In this document: in pieces, positions 14,440 through 27,484 of the stretch
Layout: the number at the start of each line of letters is the position of its first letter
Position numbering within the stretch: the stretch's first letter is position 1
Origin: Octopus sinensis
Lineage: Eukaryota
Direction of reading: 5' to 3'
DNA: 64,000 bases
Assembly (NCBI RefSeq): GCF_006345805.1
Contig: NC_043003.1
Location: 90,520,001-90,584,000, forward strand
Translations under genes and position numbers: made by a program
Notes under the pieces: generated by a model
What the model saw: only the letters and a program-made list of their open reading frames with translations
The model's database searches: none
What the model was told of the DNA's origin: nothing

Positions 14440-14815
14440 GGCATGGCTGTGTGGTAAGAAGCTTGCTTCTCAACAACATGGTTCCAGATTCAGTCCCACT
14501 ACATGACACCTTGGGTGTCTTCTATTATAACTTTGGGCTGACCCTATGAGTAGATTTAGTAGAAAGAAACTGCAAAATGCCTGTCACATATAAATAGATA
14601 CATATATATCTATGTGTGTATGTGTCTGAGTTTGTCCCCCACCATTGCATGACAACCAGTGTTGGTTTGTTTAAGTCCTTGTAACTTAGCAGTTCAGTGA
14701 AAGAGAATAAGTACCAGGCTTAAAAAAAAAAGTACTGGGGTTGATTCATTTGACGAAAAATTCTTCAAGGCAATGCCCCAGCATGGCCCTAGTCTAATGG
14801 TTGGAACAAGTAATA
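14440..14815 (+). mobile_element. tRNA-derived SINE, family 1 (representative); copies near 1600-1830, 9000-9380, 30660-31030, 40020-40375, 57160-57510
   Basis: Head ggcatggctgtgtggtaagaagcttgc...gttcagtcccact, internal (TA/TG)n, tail ccagcatggcc.cagtc.aatgactgaaacaag. Confidence 0.8.
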
Positions 14816-16407
14816 AAAAGTATAAAAACAAGTATAAAAACAGAAATTTAATTTTGAACAGTAAATAGGCACTAATTTTGAGACGGTAAAGTGCTTATCC
14901 ATGTTCCCAACTTTTTGTACTAAATCCACCATTATATTGTGGTCAGTAATATACTAAAACACAAATATAAAATTTTCAGAATCCCTACATTTCTACTGAT
15001 AAATAAAAAAACATGTGTGGTAGCCAAATATTAAAGAAAGAAAAAATACATAAAATATCATCATTATTTTTTTTCTGCTGGCCTTAAATTGTAAATGAAA
15101 ATAATTAACTTGTCAAGTTCTGATCTACAGAAAAAATGTCAGTGTGTGTTTATAAAGTAATTATCTTTTTCTTTAATTTGTTTTTGTGTTTTTAAAAAAT
15201 AAGTTTTCTGTAAAGTTGACATATGATGCTTTTACCATTTTGGTACTGACCCACCTGTGACAGATTCTGGTTCTATAATGCAAACTTCCTGCTTTAAAGT
15301 GATCTAAAATTAAAACCTTCTTCCATAAAAATTTCATAGTAATTTGTTTCAAGCACCAGCTTAATTATGGACAATGTTACTTGACTAAATTCCTCATTAT
15401 GTTTAAAATTAATTGGGTCAAAAGCAGTGCATTTTAATAGAAATAAGTAAGTAAAAAAATAAAGAGTTAAACCTTTTGTCAAAGTTTCATATTATTTTGT
15501 TCCAAACACCTGCACAATAACGACAAAGTTATTTTACTAAGTTCTTCATTATTTTCAAAATTAATTGAAACAAAAACACAGTGTATTTCAGCTGAGATAT
15601 GTTAATAAAATATATTAATAAAACAGGAGGGTTAATATAATTTTTATACACCTGCAATCAAGTAAAAACTTTCAATTAATAAAGGTTTGTATTTACAGGA
15701 TACAGAAGTGAAAGAGGAGTTTTAAGAGAAAATATCTACTATCTAATTATTTGGGAATTATACAGGTAAAATTCTAAAACAATTTTCATACACTTATTCC
15801 AGTCAGCTAGATGAACTGATATGAGTAGAATTGAATAAACAGTCTAACACAGGACAAAATACTTGCAATGGATTTGAACTGAAAACCTAAGAGTTGTTAG
15901 TCATTCACTCATTACATTCACTTAGCCATTTTGTTTTTATAACTGGTTACTGTTATGCTATAGATCTTTAAAAGCAGAGCTGACCAGGGCTATTTAGAAA
16001 CAGAATACACTGGATACAAACTGAAGACCAAAAACTTTTAAATCCCAAATACTATGCATAAAATTAAGTGTTCTTTGATTGTTGCTTTATAAACAATAAT
16101 AGCTTTCACTTTAAAGTTAACCAATCACACTGAAATGAATTTCATTGGCTCTGTCTAAAGCAGAATTCAAGAGAAACACCTCCCATTTGTATAGCATTTT
16201 AACTCTGCTTCTTGTTAATTATAAGATTCTTTTATACATTGCAAAGATGGACAAATGTAAACCAAGAAGAAACAATGACAGTGATCTTTTGTTTATATTA
16301 AAGAATGAGTTTAAAATAATAATAAAAAAAGGTTAGTTGATCATATTTTAATTCTTGATATTGAAACCTACTTTTACTTCCACTCTTTGTTTAATAGAAC
16401 AGCTATG

Positions 16408-16439
<32 letters not shown>

Positions 16440-17404
16440 CTATATAAACTTTGTAAGTAATAAGTAAGGAGGATAACATATGAAATGATCTGTTGAAATA
16501 CTTTAATGATGAGTCTATTTAACATTCATTCCTTTTGAATCACAGAAATAGAATTCTAGCGTCTTAAAACATGGGTAGGAGTAAATGTGTATGTAAGTGT
16601 GCATGTATGTGAGTGTATGTGTGTATATGTGTGTGTATATATATATATGTATGTATGTATGTATTAATATCTTTCTCTCTCTCCCTCTTGCTTGATTGCT
16701 TTCACTTCAACTATCATAATACCCTACCTAAAAAAAAGAAAAACAGCTTACAAAATATGAAGAGAATTTGATGTTATATATGCCAGATGCTAATAGCTTA
16801 TCCATATTGACTTTAAAAAAAAAAAAATCACAATTTTTTCACCTCCCAAGTATTTGTTTATTTTTTGATTATCTTCAATAATTTCACTCTAATTAACATT
16901 TGATTTCTGTATAACAAATAATAAAAAAAAAGGTTGGGGAATTAGCTTTTTAGTTATTCAAAGATCTGTCAGTAAGTTTAGTCTATGTTTTACTCTTGCG
17001 GTTTAATAATGCTGAAAAATGTCTTTAGTTGTCACTGCACTACTTTTTTGACCAGACTTATTCCCTTCTGAATTTTCTATTTAATTCATTTTAGTTAATT
17101 CAAATTCCAGGGTTATCTCCCTTGTTTTATTTCCTTACCAGAATTAATCACCATTGTCATTTGTCATTGTTTAATGTTAACTTTTCCATGCGTGCATGAG
17201 TCAAGTGGAATTTACTGAGGTAAATTTTCTATGGTGGATGCCCTTCCTGTTGCCAACCCTCACCTGTTTCCAAGCAAGGAAGTATCACCCCGTGACTAGA
17301 CATGTTTTTTTCAATGAAGAACAGAAATGGACATAACTTGTATGATAGTTATACTTGTTTACAATCATCACATGCTGTTGAGACAAGAACACACACACAC
17401 ACAC

Positions 17405-17452
<48 letters not shown>

Positions 17453-17674
17453 ATATACATATATATGATAGGGTTCTTCCAGTTTTCATCCAGCAAACCC
17501 ACTAACAAAGCCTAGGTTGACCCAAAGCTACAGCAGGAGACACTGGTTTGAGGTGCCATGCATGAAAGGGAACTTCTGAGGGAAAGTGAACTCATCACAG
17601 GGCAGAGCTAGATCACAGGGACCAACTTCTTGCACAAAGGATACATGATGAATATCTGAGTTGAAACATATGTA

Positions 17675-17893
17675 CAAAGAGGTGCTGAAAAGTTCCTAGC
17701 TTTAAGGGTATTGCGAAAGGCCTAGTTGGAGGCCCAAACTTCTGAGTTTTTTTTTACAGGGTTTAGAAAAACTGAATGACTGCTGCAATAAGTGTGTGAA
17801 TCTGAGAGGAGAATATGTTGGATAAAATCATAATTGACTGATCCTCCTGTATTTTCTTTCATCCAAAGCCAGGAATTTTTCAGTACCCCCTCA
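17675..17893 (+). mobile_element. Mariner-derived MITE (about 219 bp)
   Basis: 29-bp imperfect TIRs (caaagaggtgctgaaaagttcctagcttt / aaagccaggaatttttcagtaccccctca) with TA on both flanks; retains the transposase C-terminus GLEKL..CNKCVNLRGEYV. Confidence 0.8.
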
Positions 17894-18018
17894 TATGTGT
17901 ATATCTATATGTATGTGGGTGTTGGTGTTTTTTTTAAACTTTCCATTTTTGTGACTGGAGACATGTGGGTAGGTTGAGAGGCAATTTTGAGTGGTAAATT
18001 TGATTTTCATAGGCTTAC

Positions 18019-18045
18019 CAGCCCAACTAGTTCTTCTGAATTGAT
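18019..18045 (-). CDS. Candidate 27-nt microexon (INSEELVGL in phase 0, or xQFRRTSWA in phase 1)
   Basis: tacttatttttag|ATCAATTCAGAAGAACTAGTTGGGCTG|gtaagc; frame-preserving; two of three frames open. Confidence 0.4.
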
Positions 18046-19125
18046 CTAAAAATAAGTATTCTGGGAAAAGTAAGTTCAGAAAAATTTTAGTGAAAAATAT
18101 TTGAAAATTTAAAATGATTTATAAATATATAAATATTTTATATGCCTCCTACATCCTATTGTCAATCCAACAGGGCTTTTAATTTTCTGATTAACAAAAC
18201 ACACAATATCCTTGATGATTCAGGCTAACATATTTTTGAATTAATTTAATTTAAATTAATTATGTATCACAATTACATAATTATACATTTAATGATGTTT
18301 ATCTGAATGAAACAGCTGTTGACCACATTTAAAATATGAACTATACATGAAATTTATGCTTTTCTGCTTTTACTCTAAATATGTTGCCCTTAAAGATCAT
18401 TTTAGCTGATTACATATAATATATATATATATATATACAAGTCAGTCCCACCTGGATTTATCGCAATATAATAACATGTCGGAGTATAATAACTAGATAT
18501 TAAAAGAGCTCTTAATCAAAAGGATATATTTGCTCCCTTATACTGAGTTCTACCAAAATAAAACCACATCAAGATTCTGCCTTTTTATTCTAAATAGGCT
18601 GCTCTTGAAGATAATTTCAGTTGATTATGGATATACATGGAAGTCAATTCCATCTAGAATTACTGCAATAATAATGTGTTGGAATTTAATAACCTGTTAT
18701 AAACTGAGCTCTTAATTACAGTGGATTTATTTTTTAATGGTTAAACATCAATTCTCTACATGGATATATAGTTTTAAGCAGACAAGAGAGAGAGGTGTTC
18801 CCCTGATTAGGCTACCAGTCTATCTTGGGTAAAAGTAACATAGCAAGATGATATGGTGTCTATTCTTGACAGCCAGGTGTACTGAGGCATATAAAATAGA
18901 GAGCAGTTTCTCAAATACACAAAAACACCTGCAATGGAATGAATCTAAGTCCAAGACCTTTGCTGTGGTAATTCAATGCCACAATCACTCAAGTTATTTT
19001 TGGCTTAAACAATTATAAAATAACAAAATGAAACACAAATGAAAAGAGTCTACTCATTTGTAATTCCTTGTCTTTTGTGAGTGTCTGTCTAACACACACC
19101 TTGCACAACCCTTGCTGCTGCTGCA

Positions 19126-19159
<34 letters not shown>

Positions 19160-19317
19160 TTACTCTGCTGCTGCTGCCACTGCCACCATAAAATCGTTAA
19201 TAACAATGAACTAAAAACAAAAATAATCTTGCAGTAAAGAAAATTGTGTTACTCTCATTCCACCATCACATCTGTTTCAGATATGAAAATGGGATGTCTG
19301 TGAGTGTATCTCTCTCT

Positions 19318-19350
<33 letters not shown>

Positions 19351-19794
19351 TACATGCATACACACAAACATGAATATACACACACATATACATGCACACA
19401 CAACACACAAACATGAACATACACTGACGAATACAAGTAGATCAATACCATATAACATAAATGATTTATTAAAATTATCTCTGTCTCGAGAGGATGTGTC
19501 ATAATTACTAAATATCAAATGACAAAGGGAGTAAATCTCAGGAATGAAGAATTTTCCAAAACTGACATGCCAATAAGAAAACAGGATAGACTTATTGTTT
19601 GGAGACACAAGGACAGTCATGATATGTCTTTCTTGAGCAATAGCCAGCAGACTTATACTAAAAGAAATGAACACATTTATGGTGAGGGTAATTTGCATAA
19701 TATAAACAAAAATGAGTTATTTTTTCTGAGTTATTATGTCTATTTAACATACACACCTAGTACAATCCTTGTATAGTACAACCATGTATATATG

Positions 19795-20100
19795 AAGGCA
19801 TGTGACTCACAATCGTAAGGTCATGAGTTCGATTCCTAGTGGCGCATTGTTCCTTCAGCAAAACAACATCATTTCACATTGCTCCAGTTCACTCAGCTGG
19901 CAAAAATGAGTTGTACCTGCATTTCAAAAGGCCAGCCGTATCATATTCTGTGTCACACTGAATTTCCTCGAGAACTATGTTAAGAGTATGCATATCTGTG
20001 GAAATCTCAGCCACTTGCATGTTAATTTCACAAGCAGGCTGTTCCATTGATCCGGTCAACTGGGACCCTCACCAGTGTAATCGACAGAATGCCAGTTATG
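19795..20100 (+). mobile_element. Older tRNA-derived SINE with distinct body
   Basis: B-box-like gagttcgattcc at 19825 followed by tttcacattgctccagttcactcagctg; only clear copy in the window. Confidence 0.55.
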
Positions 20101-20208
20101 TATTTGAGCAACATAGACAAATATGAGCATCTCAAGTGGATTTCATATCTCCAGGGCTGACAAAATGAAATACAAGTACTGGGGACAATGTAATAAACTA
20201 CTTTCCAA

Positions 20209-20242
<34 letters not shown>

Positions 20243-20557
20243 TAGCACATTGGATAGAATGCATAATGGAATTTCTTCTGTCTTTATGTTCCGAGTTCAA
20301 ATTCTGCTGAGGTTGACTTTGCCTTTCATCCTTTCGGGATTGATAAAATAAGTACCAGTTGAACATTGGGCTTGATGTAATTGACTCATCCCCTTCTCCA
20401 AAATTGCTGCCCTTGTAGCAAAATTTGAAATTACTATTATTGTTATTATTATTATTAAGAAGGATGACAGCAGTGATATCTAGTAGTCAATGTTCAGAGG
20501 CATTTTCTGTTGCCACTGGAACCAAACAGGGGTGTGTTTTAGCACCAGTAACTTTTT

Positions 20558-20653
20558 CACCTTGGGCAAGTGCCTTCTACGAAAGCCTCAAGCCGACCAA
20601 AGCTTTGTGAGTGGATTTGGTAGACGGAAACTGAAAGAAGCCCATCGTATATA

Positions 20654-20701
<48 letters not shown>

Positions 20702-21386
20702 TCTATATATATATATACATCTATATATATATATAACTTATAAATAAGGCCTAAAGAAAATTATTTCAATGCCAATATGCTGATAACAGACTTTTAAATC
20801 GTCAATTTCCACATATTATTTACTTGCTACAGAAAAAAACATGAACTGAAATCAGGGAAAGCCAGCCGATAGAATTTTTAAAAAAAATGAACTTTTTAAA
20901 AAAATTCTATCGGCCAGCTTTCCCCGATTTCAGTTCTTCGTGTTTTTTTCTGTAGCAAGTAAATAATATGTGGAAATTGACGATTTAAAAGTCTGTTATC
21001 AGCATATTGGCATTGAAATAATTTTCTTTAGCCCTTATTTATAAGTTGTTTATAATTTTAACCGTAAAGGTATTTTAATATGCTGCCACATTTTTTGATG
21101 GAATTTTTTTTCTGTAAAAAAATTTCATCCTATATTAGTAGTATATATATATATATAAGTATGTATGTGTGTGTATATGTTCATGTATCTGTGTTTGTCC
21201 CCCCAACATCACTTGACAACCGATGGTGGTGTGTTTACATCCGCGTAACTTAGTGGTTCAGCAAAAAAGACCGATAGAATAAGTAATAGGCTTCCAAAGA
21301 ATAAGTCCTGGGGTCAATCTGCTCAACTAAAGGTGGTGCTCCAGCATGGCCACAGTCAAATGACCGAAACAAGAGAGTAAAGAGAG
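20558..21386 (+). mobile_element. tRNA-derived SINE inserted in the RTE and itself interrupted within its (TA)n
   Basis: 5' part ttgggcaagtgcc...aaagaagcccatcg and 3' part tgtttgtcccccc...ccagcatggccacagtcaaatgaccgaaacaag match other copies in the window, e.g. 14440-14815. Confidence 0.8.
20735..21047. repeat. 313-bp foldback palindrome
   Basis: The outer ~105 bp of the two arms differ by one base; inner arms have a few substitutions and a small indel; loop of a few nt near 20890. Confidence 0.95.
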
Positions 21387-24300
21387 ATACTCCAACATGC
21401 TTTCAAGGATAACCATAAAGTTGTAAAATTCCAGTTTTGCACAGAAAGAGGTCTACTAAACCTGAAGGGGCAAAGTTTCAGATCAAAGAAAAAGACCAAG
21501 GAAGAGATTCTATGTGACTTTCTGTTTGCTGATGATTGCACTCTGATTTCTCATTCATTTGAAGGAATTCAGGAAATGGTTGACAGGTTTGCAGCAGCAG
21601 CTTCTGCATTTTGACTGAGTATCAGCATCAAGAAGACTGAAGTTTTATTCCAACCAAAGCCTTGGGCAGAATATACTCAAGAATCAAATGACAACAAGCC
21701 ACTCAAATGGATCAGGTCACTTAAATATCTTGGAAGTACAGTAAACTTTAAGAGTACTCTTGAAGAAATCAATGTTAAAATATCTAAGGCTACAAATGCT
21801 TTTGGAAAATTTTTCCACCATTTGTGGGATGAACACGGTGCCAGTCTGAAAACTAAAATAAATGTATTTTAAGCATACTTTCATAAGGGTCAGAAGCATG
21901 GACTCCCTACTACAGACATATAAAGAAACTTGAAACCTTTCACATGTGCTGTCTGTGCAATATCTGCAACATAAAATGGCAAGATGAGACATCAAAAGTC
22001 AAAATCTTACAAAAATGTGATATCTCCAGTATCCAAAGTATGCTGCTGAGAATTCAGTAGGACATGTTGTTCGAATAAAAGATGACCACATTCCAAAAAT
22101 TCTTCTGTCTGGCCAACAAGTGGAAGGATATTGTGGTAACCTGTCCTTAAGTTAAAGCAATCAGTAAAATCTCTACAGCTTAACTTGGGAAAGTTAAGAT
22201 CAAGTTAAGATCATTGCTTAGATCAATTTGCATGGCATAAAATGTGTCATGATGCATCAAAACAATCTAATTTGAAAAAACAGAATGATAAAAGAATTAT
22301 ATCCTGCAATCAATCGAAGACACATTTGCCCAATCCCAGGCAAAATCAAAAATCACCAGTGTCCCCCCTATTGTGCCCTCATAGCATGGACTCAAATTAC
22401 ATTCACACCTCCATCACAAGTAGATGCAGTTTCTTCTGTTCTTTCATTTATAAAAGCTATTTTCTCTTTTGTTTTCTTTTTATATCCTCTCCTTTCAACT
22501 CACATGTTGATATGGACGGGAGCAATCATCATTATTATTATTAATATTTTCATTCTAACTTCTGAGTTATCTATGTCACATCTTAGCTCCAACACGTAGC
22601 TAAGAGACACAATACTTTTCTCAACACATGAACCCTTCCAAATATTGCTGCCAATTGAGTATTTCCTTTGAAATTTGGTATTTGCAGCTTTTGATGCCAG
22701 AATATTGCTTTCTTTGAGATGGTCCTAAGTACACTGATCACAATCAGTACCACTCACTTTTGAAGCATTGTGGATGCATTTCACTTCCATTATCATTATT
22801 TACTAAGTCCATAAGATAATGGAGTTATTTACATCAGAAATAATTTTAACAAAAGAGATCTCAGCACCACTAAGTGAGAATTCTACCATAAGTTGTATAA
22901 TTTGAGATTGTGTCAAAGCAAATAAAGAGTTTCCTGTTAGCTTGCGTACCTCTTGTCTATTTAACATTTGAAGTGGCTGTCACAAGTGTTTCAAGTTTCA
23001 AGTCATCTCACTCATTTAAAGTGTTAACAACAATACATGATGTCTGTTGCTGTGTTGCTGCCTATCAATTACTTTTCTCTTTTTTGTGAATGAATGCAAA
23101 AAACTAGGAAAACAACAACACAAAACATAAAACAAACAAAAAGATTACAAGAAACATGTCTTTTAATCATTTCATTACCGTATTCCTAATGAAATACACT
23201 GCCTTCATTTCAATTAATTTTAGAATTACTGTCATTATTAATTCTTTAAATCACTCTGTTTTGAAATGATCTAAAGCTGGTCTTGGTAGGATTTGAACTG
23301 AGATTGTTTATAAGCACAAGAATGGCTGTGTGGTTATGAAGCTTGCTTCCCAACCACATGGCTTTAGGTTCAGTCTCACTGCGTAGCACTCTGGGCAAGT
23401 GTCTTCTACTATAGCCTCCAAAAATAGAAAGAAGCCCATTGTATATGTATGTATGTGTGAGTGTTTCTCTTTCCCTTGACACCATGTGATGGTTGTGACT
23501 GAGCATCACTGTCATACAAATAATGACATTCATTTCCAATATTGTGAAATCCTTGTTTGGAAATATTACTTTGCTTGGAACCAAGTGACTGTTGGTAATA
23601 GGAAGGGCATCTGGCCATAGAAAATCTGCTTCAATAAACATATCCAGCCAATGCACACATGGCAAAGTGGACGGTAAAATGGTGATGATGATGAGTGCTG
23701 AGATCTGGAACAAATACTGCAAGGCAGTCAAATTAATGCTTTAATGACTAATGACTAACAATTTGCTGCCAATGACTGCCAAGTCACAATCCATTTGACC
23801 TGTAATGTCCCAAGATGGCTATAATCACCATAATATCCTAAGATGGCTATATCCAGACTAACTTTTCAATTAGGGAAAAATACTCTAGAAACAAATGAGT
23901 TGACTAGAAGAAAGACAAATTTTGAGTGGATATCAAACAATTATTGGTATTAGGAATGTATTTATATGAGATGTTACATATATTGAAAGATGTTGAATAT
24001 ATCTTTATAACTGTTTCAAATATTCAGTGAATAGTTGATACTATAATACATATTAAGCAAACAAGACTGCAAACAAATGATACCTGTTGTATGAATGATT
24101 AAGTTTTTTTTACAACCAAGCATGCATGCACATGTCAAGAAGCCTGGAAATATTTTTATGTTAGACTTAAAGAAATGACACTATCTGTACAAATAGTGAG
24201 GGTTCACATACATTATGAGTTAATATTACTCAAAAGCATATAACTCAATAAGAAATAATAAAAGAACAATGAACTAAAGTTTAACTTTCTAAAGCTTTCT

Positions 24301-26459
24301 ACTAGTTAGTTATTTTATGTTTGCATACATTCTTTTTGTTTGTTTGCTTAATGTCCATTTTTCATGCTCGCACGGGTTAAAAGTATATATTATTAAAGTA
24401 CTGTTTTATAGACTGATTGTTGTTAACCCTTACCTGTTTTTCAAGTAAGGGACCTCTTATTTCACATAGCTTCAAAAGCACCTAGTATGTGACTTTTGTA
24501 AGCACAAATGGTAACAAATATATACACACACAAACATAATAGACCTCTTTCAGTTTCCATCTACCAAATTCATTCACAAGGCTTGGTTTGACCAGAACTA
24601 TAGTATAAGATTCTGGATTTTGACCAGTGTCACACAGTGAGACTGAATTTGAAACCATATCATTGGGAAGCAGCCTTCTTAACCACATACCCATGCCTAC
24701 TGCTTAAAAATGTATTCTTCAATCAACCCAAATTTATTTTTCAAAGCATTATTTGTATAAGATTTGTCTTTATTAAAAAAAAAATAATACAAAAAATTCC
24801 TGAAAAAACTTGTAGAAGTGCAAGGACTGCTGAAAGTATAAAACTATATTATAACTTCAAAGACAAAACTACACACTATACTCTAAGAAAAAACTGTTAG
24901 TTGCACCAATGAAGTAAATAAATCTTTCTCAGTAAAATAATAATAATAATAATAATAATAATCTCTTCTAGTATAGGCACAAGGCATGAAATTTTGGGGA
25001 GGGGGCTAAGTTGATTGCATTGATTCCAGTGTTTGAATACAACTCATTGTATCGATCCCTGAAAAGATGAAAGTCAACCTTAGTAGAATTTGAACTTAGA
25101 ATGTGAAGATGGACGAAATGCTGCTAAGCATTTTCCCCAGCATGTGAATGATTCTGCTAGTTTGCCTAATAATAATAATAATGCTAATAATGATGGTTTC
25201 AAATTTTGGCACTAGGCCATCAATTTTAGTGGGAGGAGTTTCATTGATGCCAGTACTCAGCTTGTACTTATTTTATCAATCCCCAAATGATGAAAGATAG
25301 AGTCCACCTTGGCAGAATTTGAAGTCAGAAGAAATGCTGCTAAACATTTTGTCTGATGCACCAATAATTCTGTCAGCTCATTTCATTACTAATAATAACT
25401 AGTGAGACTCATGTAAATTCCATGGAATAAAAAAAATTAAGAGGATCTATTTAAGAAAGAAAGGATCATTTGCATTTTTATATCTCTTTCTCTTCACTTT
25501 CCCTTTCTGCTTACTTTTTAACCATGTAATAAGTATTCCTTCACCACACTGCACGTCATTAACACTTCTCTCTCTCTCTCTTTTTCTCTTGCTGTCTTTT
25601 TCTCTTGTTCTTCACCTCTATCTTCAGCTGACCATGTGATGCATTTGGTTTAAGTGTATTAATATTAATCAACATTCCCTACTTCTTTCTTCACTCTCCC
25701 TCCCTCTCTCACTCTTACTCCACAGCTCTAACTAACTAAAGTATAATGGACAAACAATACAAGAAGATTATATAAATATTCCTTTCTACTATAGGCACAA
25801 AGCTTGAAATTTGGGCTAGGGCCAGTTGATTACATTAATCCCAGTGCTCAGCTGGGACTTATTTTATCAATCCCAAAGTTGACCTCAGCTCAGAAAGTAG
25901 AGAGCCAAAAGAAATGCCAATAAGCATATGCAGCTGAGTCTGTTTGTGGAGGCTCGCTTTGAGAGTCGCATTCCCTCGCATTCGGTACAATGTGGTTACT
26001 ATGGTAGTTTTTACTTTAAGAGTCCCTCCTATTGTGAGACATTTATGTATAGTAATGCCCTTAATATAAATAAATATATTTATAGGGAAAAATTAATAAA
26101 TTTTTCTCTTATATGGTTTTTCACACTAACTACTTGATAAATTCTTATAAAGATTTTATTCTATATTTAAAAAATATATATAGTTTATATATATATCTAT
26201 ATATATAGTTTACAGTTCCACTATAGATAGGATCAATTTAATGTATCTTAAAGCATGGAACTATTAGTAACTCCTTTGTAATTGCATATATAAAATGATC
26301 TGTCTCCCTGGCAGTGATATAAACAAGAGTGTACTTTGCACCAAAAGCCAACTATACAGTGGTAGTTATACCACGGTATATTTTGTTCTAATAGAACATC
26401 CATGTTTAAGTGGGGATAAATATTCCCTCTTGGTATTAATACTAATAAATATTAAATGA

Positions 26460-26760
26460 TATCATCATCATCACCATTTAACATCCATTGTCCATGCTAG
26501 CATTGGTTGGATGGTTTGACTGGGACTGGTAAGCTACACTAGACTCCAGTCTGATTTGGCATGGTTTTCTACAGCTGGATGCCCTTCCTAAAGCCAACAA
26601 CTCTAAGAGTGTAAAGGGTGCTTCTATGTGCCACCAGTATCTGCCATGACTACCATTTTGCTCGGCTTGATGGGTCTTCTCAAGCATGACATAATACCAA
26701 AGGTCTCAGTCATTGTCTCTGTGAGGTCCAATGTTTGAAAGGAACTCAGCCACTTTGCCA
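26460..26760 (-). repeat. Short RTE 3'-UTR-derived repeats; also near 11850-12050, 36940-37220, 48010-48170, 51990-52215, 61420-61580
   Basis: Match the tail of the 48478-49320 RTE (agctggatgcccttccta..gccaac) and end in (CAT/GAT)n. Confidence 0.7.
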
Positions 26761-26792
26761 CTGTGAGATTTATATATATATATATATATATA

Positions 26793-26960
26793 CAGTGGGG
26801 GGAAATAAATATTTGTACATGTCAAAATTCTTTATTTAATTTCTAATGAACATAAATGGGATATACCAATACTATATTTGCATAAACATGCATAAACTAA
26901 GAATATGCAAAAAGAAACTAATAAATTATAGTAACTAAGGAATTTATATTCAATTATAAC
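26793..26960 (+). mobile_element. Tc1-like terminal fragment inserted in (TA)n
   Basis: TA|CAGTGGGGGGAAATAAATATTTG resembles a Tc1-type TIR; no partner end found. Confidence 0.5.
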
Positions 26961-27291
26961 ACACATATATATATATATATATATATAAATAATCTTTTAA
27001 ATAGACATCATCTGTGTTGAAGAACTATGTGTCACGAAAATGTAACCCATACTAAATATATTTACATAGGTACAGGTATGGTAGTGTGACTAACAAGTTC
27101 ACTTTTCAACTACATGGTTCTAGGTTCAATCCCACCAGGTGATACCTTGAGCAAGTGTCTCATATTTTTGCTTTGGGTCAACCAATTCTGTGTGAATAGA
27201 ATTCAGCAGATGGAAACTTAGTAGATGTCTGACATAAGAAACAAAGCTAAAAAAATCTCTTCCACAAAAATATTTTTTAGATGTTACTCAC

Positions 27292-27484
27292 AGATGATGG
27301 TCCAGAACCAGAAGAAGCAGGCAGCGCAGGTGGAGGTGGTGGTGGTGGTGGTGGTGGTGTAACAGGTTTTGATGGCACAGGTGAAGCAGGTTTTGGTATA
27401 GGGGACGGTATTGGACTTGGTGGTGCCGCCGCAGTCGAATTTATATTCAACTTGTTGATGTCTAAGACACCTTGTGAAGAACTC
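27292..27484 (-). CDS. Internal coding exon (193 nt) of an unidentified gene; Pro/Ser-rich low-complexity segment with a P10 run
   Basis: Bounded by acceptor ttttacag|GAGT and donor TCT|gtgagt. G plus 64 open codons gives SSSQGVLDINKLNINSTAAAPPSPIPSPIPKPASPVPSKPVTPPPPPPPPPPALPASSGSGPSS (phase 2 to 0). It is a GC-enriched non-repeat island. The + strand Gly-rich ORF at 27281-27490 is its antisense shadow. Confidence 0.8.

Larger units (their letters stand above)
20464..22420 (+). mobile_element. Decayed RTE (BovB-like) LINE reverse transcriptase region, split by an insertion at about 20558-21386
   Basis: 20464-20558 encodes SEAFSVATGTKQGCVLAPVTFS. It resumes at 21387 with ILQHAFKD...CDFLFADDCTL...KKTEV...KYLGS...EAWT...GHVVR, with stops and frameshifts. 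Confidence 0.9.

Noticed and set aside
15699-16970. Other + strand exon-like patterns (about 15699-15765 and 16953-16970; also 7509-7536)
   Set aside because: No consistent + strand gene model and weak tracts.
22600-23050. Coding-like composition on the minus strand
   Set aside because: Multiple stops and no recognisable motif.
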